A stretch of DNA of 64,000 nucleotides from Bugula neritina (lineage: Eukaryota > Animalia > Bryozoa), in NCBI GenBank assembly GCA_964035545.1, contig OZ037766.1, positions 5,756,722 through 5,820,721 of the forward strand. Direction: 5' to 3'. The notes beneath the pieces are model-generated. The model was not told the origin of the DNA and made no database searches. It saw nothing but the letters and a program-made list of their open reading frames with translations. A program made the translations under genes and the position numbers. Below are positions 49,001 to 61,782 of this stretch, piece by piece (within the stretch, counting starts at the first letter, position 1; each line of letters opens with the position of its first letter).

Positions 49001-52000
49001 ATGTAAATTAACAAGATTAAAATACAATACTTGTACTTAGCATTATAAGAAGCTGTAAAATTTTTATTCTCTACTTATAATAGCCATTTCAAAACATAAG
49101 CAACACGAATATGACAGAGCAGGACCAAAGTAATGACAAGCAAGGTCAGCTGCTAATCAAGTCAAGTACCAGTCCTATGGCAACAAAATTTCATGCAAAA
49201 TTGCCTATAGCTCAACATGTGTAACAGGATAAAAATAGATTGGTTAGATTAAACAAGCTTATTATAAACCAAATATGTACAAAAACTTTTTGAGTAGATA
49301 GACAAAAGTCAACTAACTCTCACCAGCATCGTTCTGGCCAAAGTAGATAGTAGCATTTGTTTCGTCTGTAATCATCTCATAGGTTACGTGTCTAAAATGT
49401 GCCCCTAAATTTTCTGGAGAGACTTTCACTTTTAATACTTTTGAAATACAGACTCCTCTAGCCTCAGCATAGTCTTGTACAGATTGAGCTCCAGCTACGC
49501 CATAGTCATCATCTGTGTGCACCAATGAAATGTAAGTCCATTCCATCTTCAACACCATCTCAATGAGTGCCTGGAAAGTTAAAGAAAACAGTTTTGCACT
49601 TTTCATTTTAATTTTAACCCAAATACCTAAAGTCTATCGTGTATAATATGTTTTGTGGTGAGCTCATGTATAAAAGTTGCAATACTAAAAATATAATATG
49701 TTAACGCCAATATAGTTCAATGCATACAATAAATCCATGCAAAAATATTATATACCATAAACTTTTCCGAGGCACAAATTAAGTTGGAAATAAAACTTGT
49801 GTGGCCAGCCCAAGTTGGGAGTACTTTAAGTTAGAAAGGTGCGAGTATCTGAAAGTATACTGTCACTTAGAAACAAATTCTCAAAGCTTAGAGAAATGTT
49901 GCACCATCAGTTTTGTGGAAATTACGGTTATTGAATTTGGTTTAGGGTATCTATGTTCATTAGACAACACAGTGTTGCAGGTTATACTAAGACACCGATA
50001 AGTAATTCAATTCAATATGGTGCTGGCTCCAGTTACTTTAATCTTAAGCTTTGGTTTAGAATTTACTTAAAGAAATGCTGCTTTATACAGCTAGGTTATA
50101 TAATAGGCAGTTGTTAAGTTTTAGAAAAACTAATTTGGCCTTGAAAAGTTTCACTAGTGAAACAGGGCTGTTTTTTTTCTAAAATGACTAGACTAGAAAG
50201 ATGAACATTAAAAACAGAGTAAGTGCATCATCACCAATTAAATAAAGCAATTAATTTATATTTGAACGCATATACTACATTATTTATATACCTGGTTTAA
50301 CCTTGTTGTAAATAAACATCTCATAAAAGTATTTATAATAACGCAATGGCCTTTCAAGTGGCAATTAATTTGGTGCTGTCTCATACCAAAATGCAAATTT
50401 CACAACACTATTTTACACTTTATGTTTATAGATTGTAGAACGATTTTTATACTCATTTTCACTGCTTATAGTTTGCAGCTTTACCTTTGCCTGCAAGAGG
50501 TCAGATGGAATAGTTCTCCATAGTGTTCCATATCTAGTCCTATCGGACAATTCAGCTAGTGTAGCAGTCGGTGTGACTATTGGTACATCCATATGGTGGA
50601 GAAATGCAGCTGTTTCACGAGTGTTGGAGCTATACAGAGTGCCAACAAATCCTAGAATAATAGAACATCATGCAACAAGTGCCAGATCTACATATGAGAC
50701 TTCATTTCTATTGTACAAATGTTTGCCTGTGTATTCTACCTATAGCCAAACAATAGCCAAAGCCATTGGATTACAACAATTGGCAGTTTAGCTTTAATGG
50801 CTTAAGGTCATTTGCAGTAAATCTTGGAAAACAGTCTCCAATACTCCACTACCCACCCAGACATAAGAAAGGATAGATGTTTAAATTTTTCAGCAATTTC
50901 GAACTTATTGAACTAGCATAAAAAGCCTGCGATTTCTAATTACTTCAAACTGCTTTTGATTTAGAGTGAGGACCTGCCTATACATTTAATTGGGTACCAG
51001 AAGTTGTCTCCTAACATGTTACATCACACTCTCTAATGCTATTGATGACTGTAGTTATCACGGTAAAGATAGATTAGCAGTGACATGGACTCACCCAGGT
51101 TGATAAACTGATCTGCTACTGAGCAAGTTGTAGCTGGCACAATCCATGTTTCTTTCCTTATTTTTGAGGCAGCCGACCAAACTCCCATACTTCTATTATT
51201 GCATATCTCTTCCACATTGAGCTCTACAGTGTGAAGAGGGAAAGTTTGTATAGCAATTGTTGTTGGTATTATGTTTTGTGACCTTTCAGTGACTAATATT
51301 CAGTTATTGCCTTGAACTACACAACCCCCTCCCTTCTGCATATGAACTCAATACCATATATTGAATATATTTCCTTGTTTTTCTCCTATTCTGAAACTGG
51401 GTAGTCTATCAACTAGCAGATTTAAAAGTATCTTCCACTTACATTCTAGTTTACCTAACTTTCATTATTTATTTGTTAGGGCTTATTTTATAAATTTCAT
51501 AAACTTTATTGCTATGGGTGAAAGAAAAAGAATTTCTGCTAAAAAGACTTTGAGTTTACTAAATAATTAAGGTTTTTGAACAGCAAAAACTAAAATTTAA
51601 AAAAAAATATTTCAATCAAAATTTGTCACTTTATTGTGCATCAGCCACATATGAACAGTTTTAAAAATATCTGGTTGAGCTAAAATTTTTATCAATAAAC
51701 TTATAAAAACACTTCTTTAAAATTGGCAACATGCTACTCAGAGCTTCCTGCCCTACCAACCATTACACGGACACACCTGGGTTAAAAACAACTTATTTCT
51801 ATAACTAAAAATATAAAGCATTGAGATTATTTACAGTGAAAACTATAAAAGTTTGCATATTAATTAAATAGTCTCAAAGGCTGTTTATGTTTTATATTTT
51901 TATATAAAATCAGTTAATTGTTTATTTTTCAACTCAGAATATAGGTGACTCATTAATATACTTGAAAAGTTCAAAAAACTATTTTAAAATTTTTTTTAAC

Positions 52001-52425
52001 ATGCTTGAAGCTGTAAATTCTGAAACTTTTAAATAATACTTAATATGTAATTTACCATAGTCTATCTCAGCAACTTTGAATTCAGAGTGATTTCTATTTG
52101 CTATACCAACAGCATACTCAGCAGCTAGCGCCATTGACAGCGTCAAAGCTGAGGGGGGCTGAGACGGTCTGCAAGTATCCAGCTCTGATACCTCCAGCAG
52201 TGCTGTAATGTGCACTTTACTTATCCTTCCTCCTAACAAAAAGAGTACCAATTTCAAATAAATAATTTTAAGAAACAATTTTCAACAAGACAGCTCAACT
52301 CAATACTAGTTACTACACTTATATAAATTATTTATAAACTTGCCTACTTCACCAGTGCATTGTTGAAAACTTTCAAATACTTGTAGTTGTAGTAGAAAAA
52401 GCAAGAACTCCGCAATGTGTCCCAT
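46053..52425 (-). CDS. Type I single-pass membrane receptor with two tandem mGluR-like Venus flytrap (ANF_receptor) domains and a non-catalytic cytoplasmic tail (~1162 aa)
   Basis: Exons 52425-52344 (signal peptide; GC donor), 52232-52056, 51223-51095, 50651-50485, 49570-49324, 48867-46447 and 46318-46053 join in frame (3489 nt). VFT1: GFVGTLYSS..TPTATLAELSDRTRYGTLWRTIPSD..MEWTYISLVHTDDDYG..GVCI..LASD. VFT2: GFLRMEAFYYIV..IETC..YIGDGS..IIQISQSGTS..FPMFLKTAPS..GWDTIGLLYTESAYG..GICVS..KFWQNRFEC. One TM segment, WLLPILITLLVLLTTLTVLSLLIA, followed by HKRK. Confidence 0.85.
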
Positions 52426-53081
52426 AACTTGTCTATAGCTCTGTACCATTACATAATATATAATATTATTTACAATTTCAAGATTTCTGCACCATTTACT
52501 GGACTATACCTTGTAAACTGCTGATTGGTTACAGTATTTAGCTTTCTATTGGACCATCAAGTAGAAGTGGTTATATTATTATCGAATCAAATTAAATCTG
52601 ATATAAGCTAGATTTGTATCACCAGGGTAGAGGAAATGCTTCATTATCCACCGCCTTATAATGATTGATGTACTTTAATACAAGCATATAAGTCTTGTTG
52701 AAATGTATAAACATGCCAGAAGTGTTATAATGCTACATTCTATTACATATACAGTAATAAGGAAATGGATGATTAGTATTTGTATGTGTCAGTGATTTAG
52801 TTTTATTGATTGTTTGGCAAAAGTTCAGGCCAAAAATATTGACTATAATAAAGCTTCAAGGAAACAGTTTTTGGGTGACACCAGCTAGTCTTTATTCGAG
52901 TTACTGCAGAATACTTATAGATTTTATGACTAATGCATCGATTTGGCCAGCAATTATTATATTATTATATTCTTGCGTTACTGCAATTTTATGTATAAAA
53001 CCCACTTCCATAGAATAAAGGTTTCCGCACTTTTGGAGCTTCCTTCATTACACACAGTGATGTTTTGGCAATTTGAGAAGT

Positions 53082-53094
53082 GTTGCTAGGCAAC
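53082..53094. promoter_or_regulatory. RFX X-box-like motif GTTGCTAGGCAAC
   Basis: Matches the X-box consensus GTNRCY-N(0-3)-RGYAAC. Lies in the divergent region between the VFT receptor and the CAP-Gly gene. Confidence 0.55.
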
Positions 53095-53242
53095 TGGGTG
53101 TCTTCAACTAAGGGATTTAAGGGAGCGGTTGTGAGAAAAACAAGATTATAAAAGTCTATTATTAACCAACCTTTCTCGGATCATCATAACAGCAACCTAA
53201 TACAGTGTGGTCACCTGATGCAGTAAATTGATTAGCATAATA

Positions 53243-53248
<6 letters not shown>

Positions 53249-53314
<66 letters not shown>
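53249..53314. repeat. (TA)n microsatellite, ~32 units
   Basis: Uninterrupted TA run. Confidence 0.98.
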
Positions 53315-53320
<6 letters not shown>

Positions 53321-54249
53321 TAGTGCTTATAAGTTATATACTGAATTTAAACTAAACTTTAAAGCAACAAACTTTTCTTTTAGGATATAGCAGCAGCAAA
53401 CTAGACACTAATGTAGCAGTGACAGAAAATTTTCAACATCCTAAATGTTGCAGTTTGACATCAATTTCATGAATTGGGATCACATGGGTTATATATAATA
53501 GTTTCATGAAGAAAGAGTTATTTGTAAGAATGCTTCTTAACTTATAAAAAGTGTTTTTGTTATTCCTTTACTGACTAATTTTCTGAGACTAATTCAAACT
53601 GCTGTTGAAGCTTTCTTGGAATCTGCAAGAGTTATTATCTCTGTATGCTTAAAGCAGTTTAACTCTTTTTCTGTTTCCAGCAGAATTTATTTTCTTAAAT
53701 ATGAAAACTATTTCTTTACACACAAAAATAATAGCTGCATTTTAATGATATTATGAATTATCTGTATTTAAAGTGACACCATAAGCAGAATAATATGGTT
53801 AATGTCCTATGTAAGTTAAAAGAATTAAAAATACATGATATTCTAGTAAATATTACATAACATATAAGTTGTTTTTTGACTGAAAAGCATGAACCTCAGA
53901 TTTTATATATAACACATAAAAATATGATACATTTAATTCACAGCTGAAAAAAATGGATAAAATTTGTAATTAAATAGCAAATTATCTAGATCCACTTTTC
54001 TGCACAAAATTTTCCTTGCACAAAATAGCAATATACTAAAAAAATATGACGCTGACAAAACTGGTTTTCAAATTATATATTGTATTACCAACACTATGTT
54101 TAGACTACAAATATTGTCCAAGTAAAAATCTGCAATAAAACCCATCAACCATTTTACAACCAATAACATATTACCATGCACATAGACCTGCATTGTGAAG
54201 ACTGTACTATATTCATATACATCAGCACTCAATTTCTTCTTGTTTGTAT

Positions 54250-54378
54250 CATATATAGTATATACTATATTTATAGGCTATACTATATACTATACACTGT
54301 ACGACACCACTTTATACTATACTATATACTATGCTATAGCTATAATATACTGTATACTATACTATATTATAGTATATA
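54250..54378. repeat. Degenerate (TATAC)n low-complexity tract
   Basis: Repeated TACTATATAC-type units. Confidence 0.75.
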
Positions 54379-55144
54379 AGATTCATGTATGTAGCTACTA
54401 ATTTTTTCGCAAGTTTCATGCAGTCTTTTCATTGGTAGATTCTAAGTTGGTTTTTAAACACCACAAACAAAGTTAATTCTCAGAAATTATGAAATTGAAT
54501 TACAAATCAAAGAATGTAAAAATTGATTGCTGAAATACTTCAATATATTTAAATATAGTGTATTTTTAACAATCAAGTCTAAAAATTACTTTTACATGCA
54601 TAGCATGTCTATGCTATAAAATACTAGCTGCTGAGGCTGCATGCATTAACCACTCCAACCAAACACCACACTTGCGTTACACATTTCAGTTATATAGAAA
54701 ACATTAAATTATTTGAAAGTAGCCTATTTATTTTCCAAGGAGTAAAAATCTAAACAATAAGCTAGAGTTGCTGAACGCATTAAAAAAAAAACACAAGCAT
54801 TAGATCAGGCAAATAATATAATGCAATTGTTAATGATACATTTTAATTAATTCGAATTCAACTTGGACCTTGGAAGGACTGCTTCAGTAGGTGCCACATA
54901 TTACATTTTGGGGTTGTTTCCTCATGAGTGAAATCGCAATAGTATAAATTGTATAATCAGTCACTATTGCCTATTAGACTATTCAATCATAAGCTAAGAT
55001 AACAACCTTTGTCTATTGACTAAGAGATTTCAATTACATTTAAATACAAAGCCATTCGATCGATAATTCTTTTTGCAATGAACGAGCTCTGGCCTTTTAA
55101 CCAACAGTAAAGCATACAATAGTGAATGTCTGTAGTATCCGGTT

Positions 55145-55158
55145 GTAGCCATGGCAAC
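55145..55158. promoter_or_regulatory. RFX X-box GTAGCCATGGCAAC
   Basis: Perfect match to the ciliary X-box consensus GTHNYY-AT-RRNAAC, ~175 bp upstream of the CAP-Gly gene ATG at 55333. Confidence 0.7.
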
Positions 55159-55332
55159 AACACGCCATAGCATTCACTATAGCAGGTACTATACAACCCG
55201 ATGCCTTAAGTTAGTATACTCGCATGGCTACCATTTCTTCTATGGACTAAATCATTAGGGAACTCGAAGTTTAAAAACCCATCAGTATTTTAAGAAATAA
55301 GTCCCTCTTTTAAATTTCGTTTTTATTACAAA

Positions 55333-58300
55333 ATGTCTGTAAAAGGAGAAGCTAAATCAGCAGCAGGTAAAACTGAGCACACAATGAACACAGCTGCACG
55401 TTCCTCTCAGGTACTTTTTCATGTTACTATGTAGAGTTCTAGTAGAATAGCTGTAGTATATAACATATTATGTATTAATAAGTATATAGGTAGTTAATAG
55501 ACTTTAGCTCGTAGCTCCTTGGTAGGCCCTGTAGAATCTAATATAAGCATATATGCTGTGCATGGCTTTTTGAAATGTGCTCTTGCTGTGGTATGATTTA
55601 AACATGCTTGTATCTGCCACATAATTTTAATAGTTTGGATGAAATCATAGAAAAACAGCAGCTGTGGTTTGCAGTGCACAGTCTAGCATCCCTGCTTCTA
55701 ACCCAATATTCCTTGTAGTTATCCAGAACCTTGACTAGATTAGGACTATAGTGCATTCTACATGTGAACAAATTTCTTACAGCAATTCTGATATGCATGC
55801 ATTGTAGCATTTGCATGAGGAACGTCTTGCGCAGGAAGTACTTGCCGTGTGGCGAGACAATTTCGACCCTTCTCCGAATTCCGCCTCTCATTGGCGGAAG
55901 AAAGCTGCGGTGAATCAGGAGTGCACAGTGGTACACCCAAATGCACGACATGTATTTCACTTTATCCCACTGCACTTTGCTAGCACTTACAAATCTTCTG
56001 GAGTTATCTTGTCTCAAAATTTAGCACCAAAGAGTAATGCAGTACTCCATATGACATCGCCTGACACACTTCATATGCAGTATTGAAATATTCATATACG
56101 AGTATATCAATCTTAGCTATCAGAGAGTTGTGTACTTAAGCCATTTTGTTTTAAAATGAATTTTTCGTAATCATGTCTTGGATTGATTTGGAATTTTTGA
56201 TTGCCTGCTGATGGCGTTTTCAGTTGGCTCTAGAGTCTGAAATATATTTATAAAAGTAATAGTAATTACTGCTGACCTTTATTGCATGCTGCTCTTAGCT
56301 GCTGCCACACACAGCTTAATCACTGAACTGGCTTAAAAGTTTAAACTTTTGAACTCACTAAATGATGTATGTCACGAATTCTTGAAGTCAAATTGATTAC
56401 CAACTGGTCTTGCTAAAACTTTCTAGCTAATTTTTGTTTCATAAACAAGAATAAACTCCAGAAGTATGCCTGAGTGATAAAACACTGTCACATTTTCTCT
56501 CCGCAAATACTTTAACAAATTCTTGCTTTAAGTTTCCTAAAGAAATAAAATAGAAATTTCCTTTCTTGAGTGAGCCACTTTATATAGATTGTGCAATGCT
56601 AGCTAACTACTAAATCAATATTTAAAAAAAAAATATTTTGATATAGTTGTGAAATATTTTACTGCATTTCACATTTACAGGTCTACACAATGTCATAATA
56701 TTCTCACATTATACTTCAAATGTGGATTTCTAGATCGTTCTGCTGCTAAATACTTAATTCTGCCTTTTCAAATGTCCTAGAGTGCATCTAACTCTAATTT
56801 ATGTGAAAAAAATATAAAGTGCAAGCATCAAAATTTTAGAGCGAAATAACTGTCACATAAACTTGCTCAGCAGCAAAAAATAACATCTTGTGCTATTCTC
56901 CTCACCTCACATATCTCAGCTCTGTCCTGTTTGGGTAACTGGAATAACATCTTCTGCTATAACTAATCCACAATCTAATCAATGCTTACAATTTCTCAAT
57001 GCATTTTCACTATTTTATGACATCAGACTTGCAAACCAATTTCTTTATCAACTGCTTATTTACAATTTGCTACAGCAACCTTAACACAATAAATGCAACG
57101 TATGTCCTCTTAGATTTGTATTAAGAAAACAGTTGTATTAGTACTTTTATCACATTCTAACTCAATGCAAGCTTTAACTCATAACTGACTATCGATGTGA
57201 TGTATATTACATAACAATATTGACTAGTTATCACCTATTGCTGTGTTATGGACAATTAAAGCTCAATATTTTGTAATAGGTTTTAAAAAGTGACACTCAT
57301 AGAAGACTACGCAGATTGATAAACTCTGAAGGTGTAACATTTTTCAAGAGTCAAGAATACACAATAATATTCAATTTCTGCAAATAAGCAGTATTTTATA
57401 ATTTAGTATTTGCTATACATTGGCCACAAGCTGCAACCACAGTGATAAGTAAAGTCTGCCTTTTTAAAATTAAATTACTAGCATTTGGCCAGTGTACTCT
57501 GTTAGGAGTTATGTCTGCTTGAAGCTATGTGGAAGGGACGAAAGCTATCAAAGCAGTGCATAAATTTATAGTCAGATTTTAAAATGAGTCCTTGGCTCTA
57601 AACATCATCCCAAAACTTCAGCAGCTATATAATCTTCGTAGAAACAAGTGGAGGTTGATCCATTTGACTGCACCTGTGGACCATGCAAACGGTTTTGGAA
57701 AGAAAATTTCACCAACACGACTATACTCAGTGAACCAGTGATAAAACGTGCTCAGAAAACATCCACAATGTTTCGTCCTGACCAAGCAGACTGGAGGGTG
57801 AGAGTTGGTGACAGGGTCATCGTCAATGGCAGACATACAGGTGAGAAATCAGGTATTGATTGTCTTTATCAGCAGTAAATAGTATGACATTCATTTAAAG
57901 GTCTTTTGACATATATTAATTATCTTGAGCTTTTCATGTTCCGTTCAGCATTAAATAATGTGTACTGTAAAATGAATTCTACAAAATGGAATATGCAAAG
58001 TTAAGATACTAACCAACACCTATATGGCTACAATCTATGATGATCTTCTTTAGTACAGAACTCATTATACAAATATCCTTGCTTCTTTAATAATAAAAAA
58101 GTGATAAGTGTTAAAATATGCAAAAGACGAAATCTTCTGTGGAAAGCTTACATTTTAGAACTGAAAACAGGAAATATATTTAAGAACATGTGAGGTTATT
58201 CTAAAATCACGTTGGTGAATATTTAATTAGCTTAATTGTTTTGGTCTCCGCATATGACGTTTAATGTTATGTTGTAAGAGCCCAGTCTTATGAATACTAT

Positions 58301-61114
58301 ATTATGATGCAGTGATTAAATGCATACTTTAAGAAGCATATCATATTTTTTGTAGGTGAAGTAAGATTTGTTGGTCTACTAGATGAAAATGTTATAGCTC
58401 CAACGGTGTACGTAGGAGTGAAGTGTGATGAGAACTGTAAGTAAACTCTATTGTTACATGGTAGCTTTCTAGACACGATGTATATACGTGTTGACATTGA
58501 ACACTGAATACATAAGCATCTCAAGATGAAAGGTAGAATAACACTAATTCTAAAGAAACTTTATAAAAAAATTGACCGACAATGAAATTAAGCAATCACA
58601 TTCTAAGCCAAACCAAAGATTAAAAACTCAAGCTAAAAAATTTACATGTTAAGACAAAAGCATGCGTTGACTGAAGCAGTGATAGCAGGTGACCTTGTGC
58701 ATAGTTTGACAATCTTCAGGGCATGAGGACAAATTTTTAGGCTTGAAGCATTTGTTAAAACTAAATCGCTTCTTGTATAAAAAATCTTCAAGCCTGCTTA
58801 TTATTCATGTGGATATATAGCGAACAAATGAAGAAAACTGAGTATTTATATGACAAAACTATAAAAACGAAAGCCAGTACCAAAGGATATTTACATATTG
58901 TTGACACTCATTGTGTAATAATTTCTAGTGGGTTCCACACATAATGGGGTTATGAATGGCAAACGTTACTTTCATTGCCCAAGAGGCCATGCTGCCCTAG
59001 TTCCTTATACGGATGTGAGACGGCTGAATCCTGCAGAAGTAAGACCTCCACTCACGGGGAACTTCATGTTTGACAGCTACTATGATGTAGTCAAAACTCG
59101 AGCTTTGAGAAGGCAGAAAATGGAGTAAGTAATCAACTGTAGACATAATCAATTTGAAAGAAATTTTCTCAACTGCAGTTATTGTTTAATATATTTATGT
59201 TTAGCTAGAAGTTGTTAATTGGAGCATGATTTTGTAGAGCAAGCGAAGAAGCAACTAGACCAAAACCGGTAAAACCACCATCACGAATACGAAAAACTTA
59301 CACTGTTTCGGATGAGAATGACGTAGCATATAAAGTATGTAGTTCTCCCATCTAGATTTATTGTATAAATTTAAATATGCAAATGCGAAAATTATGAAAA
59401 TAATAACACAAAATGCTACTCACTAATAATTGATATACATGTATAGTTCTAGTCACTATTTTGGCTAGTCTACAGATTGATATGACATGATTATATCCGA
59501 TTTTTTGCTATCAAAACATGTAATTTCAGTCCAGAAACTAGTTTATGTCACAAAATACATTGCAGGACATGATAAAAAAGCTGACAAAAGAGGTATATTT
59601 CTCCTTTCTTGTTTTATGTTGTCACATTTTATTTATCTGTTTGCTTCAATATAAGTACTAGTAGTTGTAAATGGACTTTAGAACTATATAATTAACTACA
59701 AATGACTGTTACTTTCAAGAATTAAACAAAAATTGTATTCTTATCTAGAGATCCAACGCCTGTAGTTATTTGCTGAATATGAAAATGATCTACAGTTTAG
59801 TTAAGAAAGTAGACAATATTTATTGTTGCTAAAATTACATTCAATCATTTTCAGACAAATTCCTCGACACACCTGTTTTAATTCTGCCAGGTTGAAATTG
59901 TACAAATAGTTACAATTGTTATATTAAATTCTTAATGGAACCAGGTGCATAATGCAAATTTTAGCATCTGTCAACTTTAACTTAATATCAACCCCACAGA
60001 GATATTCACTGCTTCATTTTAAACTATTGGCGCTACAATTCACTAGATGTTATAACTATAATTATACTTTCTTTTTTCTTCATTCCCTGCTAACATATTT
60101 TATGATTCACCATAAATAAGTTTTGTATGTTTGATCAAACTTTTAATAACGTTTATTCTTTCTTATTTCACCTAACTAATTATGTTTTGTGATGAACCCA
60201 GACATTGCTTACTCCACCTTTTACCTTACCTACAACCAATTATATGTTTATTATTAAACTGATAAGCAGCTGAAGAAACATATTATGTGAACAACTTGAG
60301 TTGGACGCTTAAACACACCAGAAACTTGATGTGTACAGCAAGCATTGAATATTTTCTGATCACTGCCAATTTATAGCAGAGGACTGAATGCTGTTATGTT
60401 GATAATACCACTAATAATTAGTTTCTCACTTTAAACCAGGATTCGCAGAGAGAAGGAGGCACCCAAGTGTATCACTATGCTAACAGTACTGTCAAGGTGA
60501 GAACAGGTGGGCCTCCGAAGGCAAAGGTTGATCCTCAGGCTAGGAGATTTGTTAAATGGAAGGAAGAATTTGGGGGTGGAGAAAAAGGAGATAGATTAGT
60601 TAAAACCCTCAAAAAACTACACGAAGGTAAATGATTATATAATATCTTTATATACTAAGTCAAATTAGAATTTCTGCAACTTTAACAGAAATAACTTATT
60701 TTTTTTGTTTATTAGTAAATAAAAACAAAGTACTACATTGATCAAGAAAACTACAAAATTTACAGCAAATAATTTATCTCCGAGTTTACATTTACACCAA
60801 TTGATAGAAAATGTGATCTTTAAAGTTGATGTACTTTAAAAAACCATATTCACTAACAGGGCTAATTTCACCTAAAGATATTAGTAGAACTATATGTTTA
60901 TTGTCTGTTAGCATTAAACAAAGGAAAGGAGTTGGAGAATGAAGAAACTGAGGAAGAGGAAGAACTATCAGATGAATATGACGAGGATCAATTAACCGAC
61001 AGACCGCCTACACAACATAGCAGTAAATCTCCCACTAGAGTAGGGGACACTTCCACTTCGCAACCTTCTAGACAGCCTAGCCCAATGAAGAGTGTGCAGG
61101 GGAACCCTGGTTAA
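55333..61114 (+). CDS. CAP-Gly domain-containing protein (uncharacterised, probably ciliary/microtubule-associated)
   Basis: Exons approx. 55333-55410, 55808-55930, 57642-57840, 58356-58436, 58929-59125, 59238-59334, 59566-59592, 60440-60626 and 60912-61114 join in frame. CAP-Gly pattern: VGDRVIVNGRHTGEVRFVG..YVGVKCDENLGSTHNGVMNGKRYFHCPRGHAALVP. Acidic, Ser/Pro-rich tail. The 5' exons are less certain. Confidence 0.8.
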
Positions 61115-61782
61115 CACTCTAACATATTTTTCGTCTTATTAAAAAGTTTTTATAATTAACGGGAAAATTTATAAATTAGTTTTGATAGTATAATGAGCTT
61201 TTGCATAGAAAACATTAACTCCATATTATAGAAAAAAGACCTAATCATTTTATTAATGTATTTTTAATTATTAATAGAAATTTCATTGTTAAAGCATTTC
61301 AAATGAGAAACAATAGAAATTTATTTACACTGATAAGCAAGCCTTTCAAACTTTATACATAATAGGGGATACTTTGACCAAAACGTATGCAATTTTTTTA
61401 ATTTTCATATTTTTGTAGAATGAAATTCATAGAAAATTCTATAACCAGGTGTATTAATTGTAGGCCACATAACACTCTTTACAAAATAAAACATTAGCCA
61501 ATATAAAACCTCAAGTCTTTCATGTATAAGAAAAACAAATCCATTCAAATGTTCGTTACTCCCAGAACTATTATTTCATGGACTTACAAATTCAAATTAT
61601 ACAGAAAAGATCTCTCTCTGTAAAAACCCCCCATTAGCATGCAACATAACCAGCTTTCTGCTTTAATAATACAATGAGTACATCATGTATGATACAAGCA
61701 ATCACCATTTCATTCTTGAACAAAATTCTCCTACTGCCTCAACCAGTTAGGGTTTATATGGATACATTTTACTAGTACCGAG

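Noticed and set aside
49172-49184. Third X-box-like motif GTCCTATGGCAAC
   Set aside because: It is intronic, with only one good half-site, and far from any plausible TSS.
55598-56017. 139-aa minus-strand ORF
   Set aside because: It is antisense to a CAP-Gly gene exon and has no recognisable motif or splice context.
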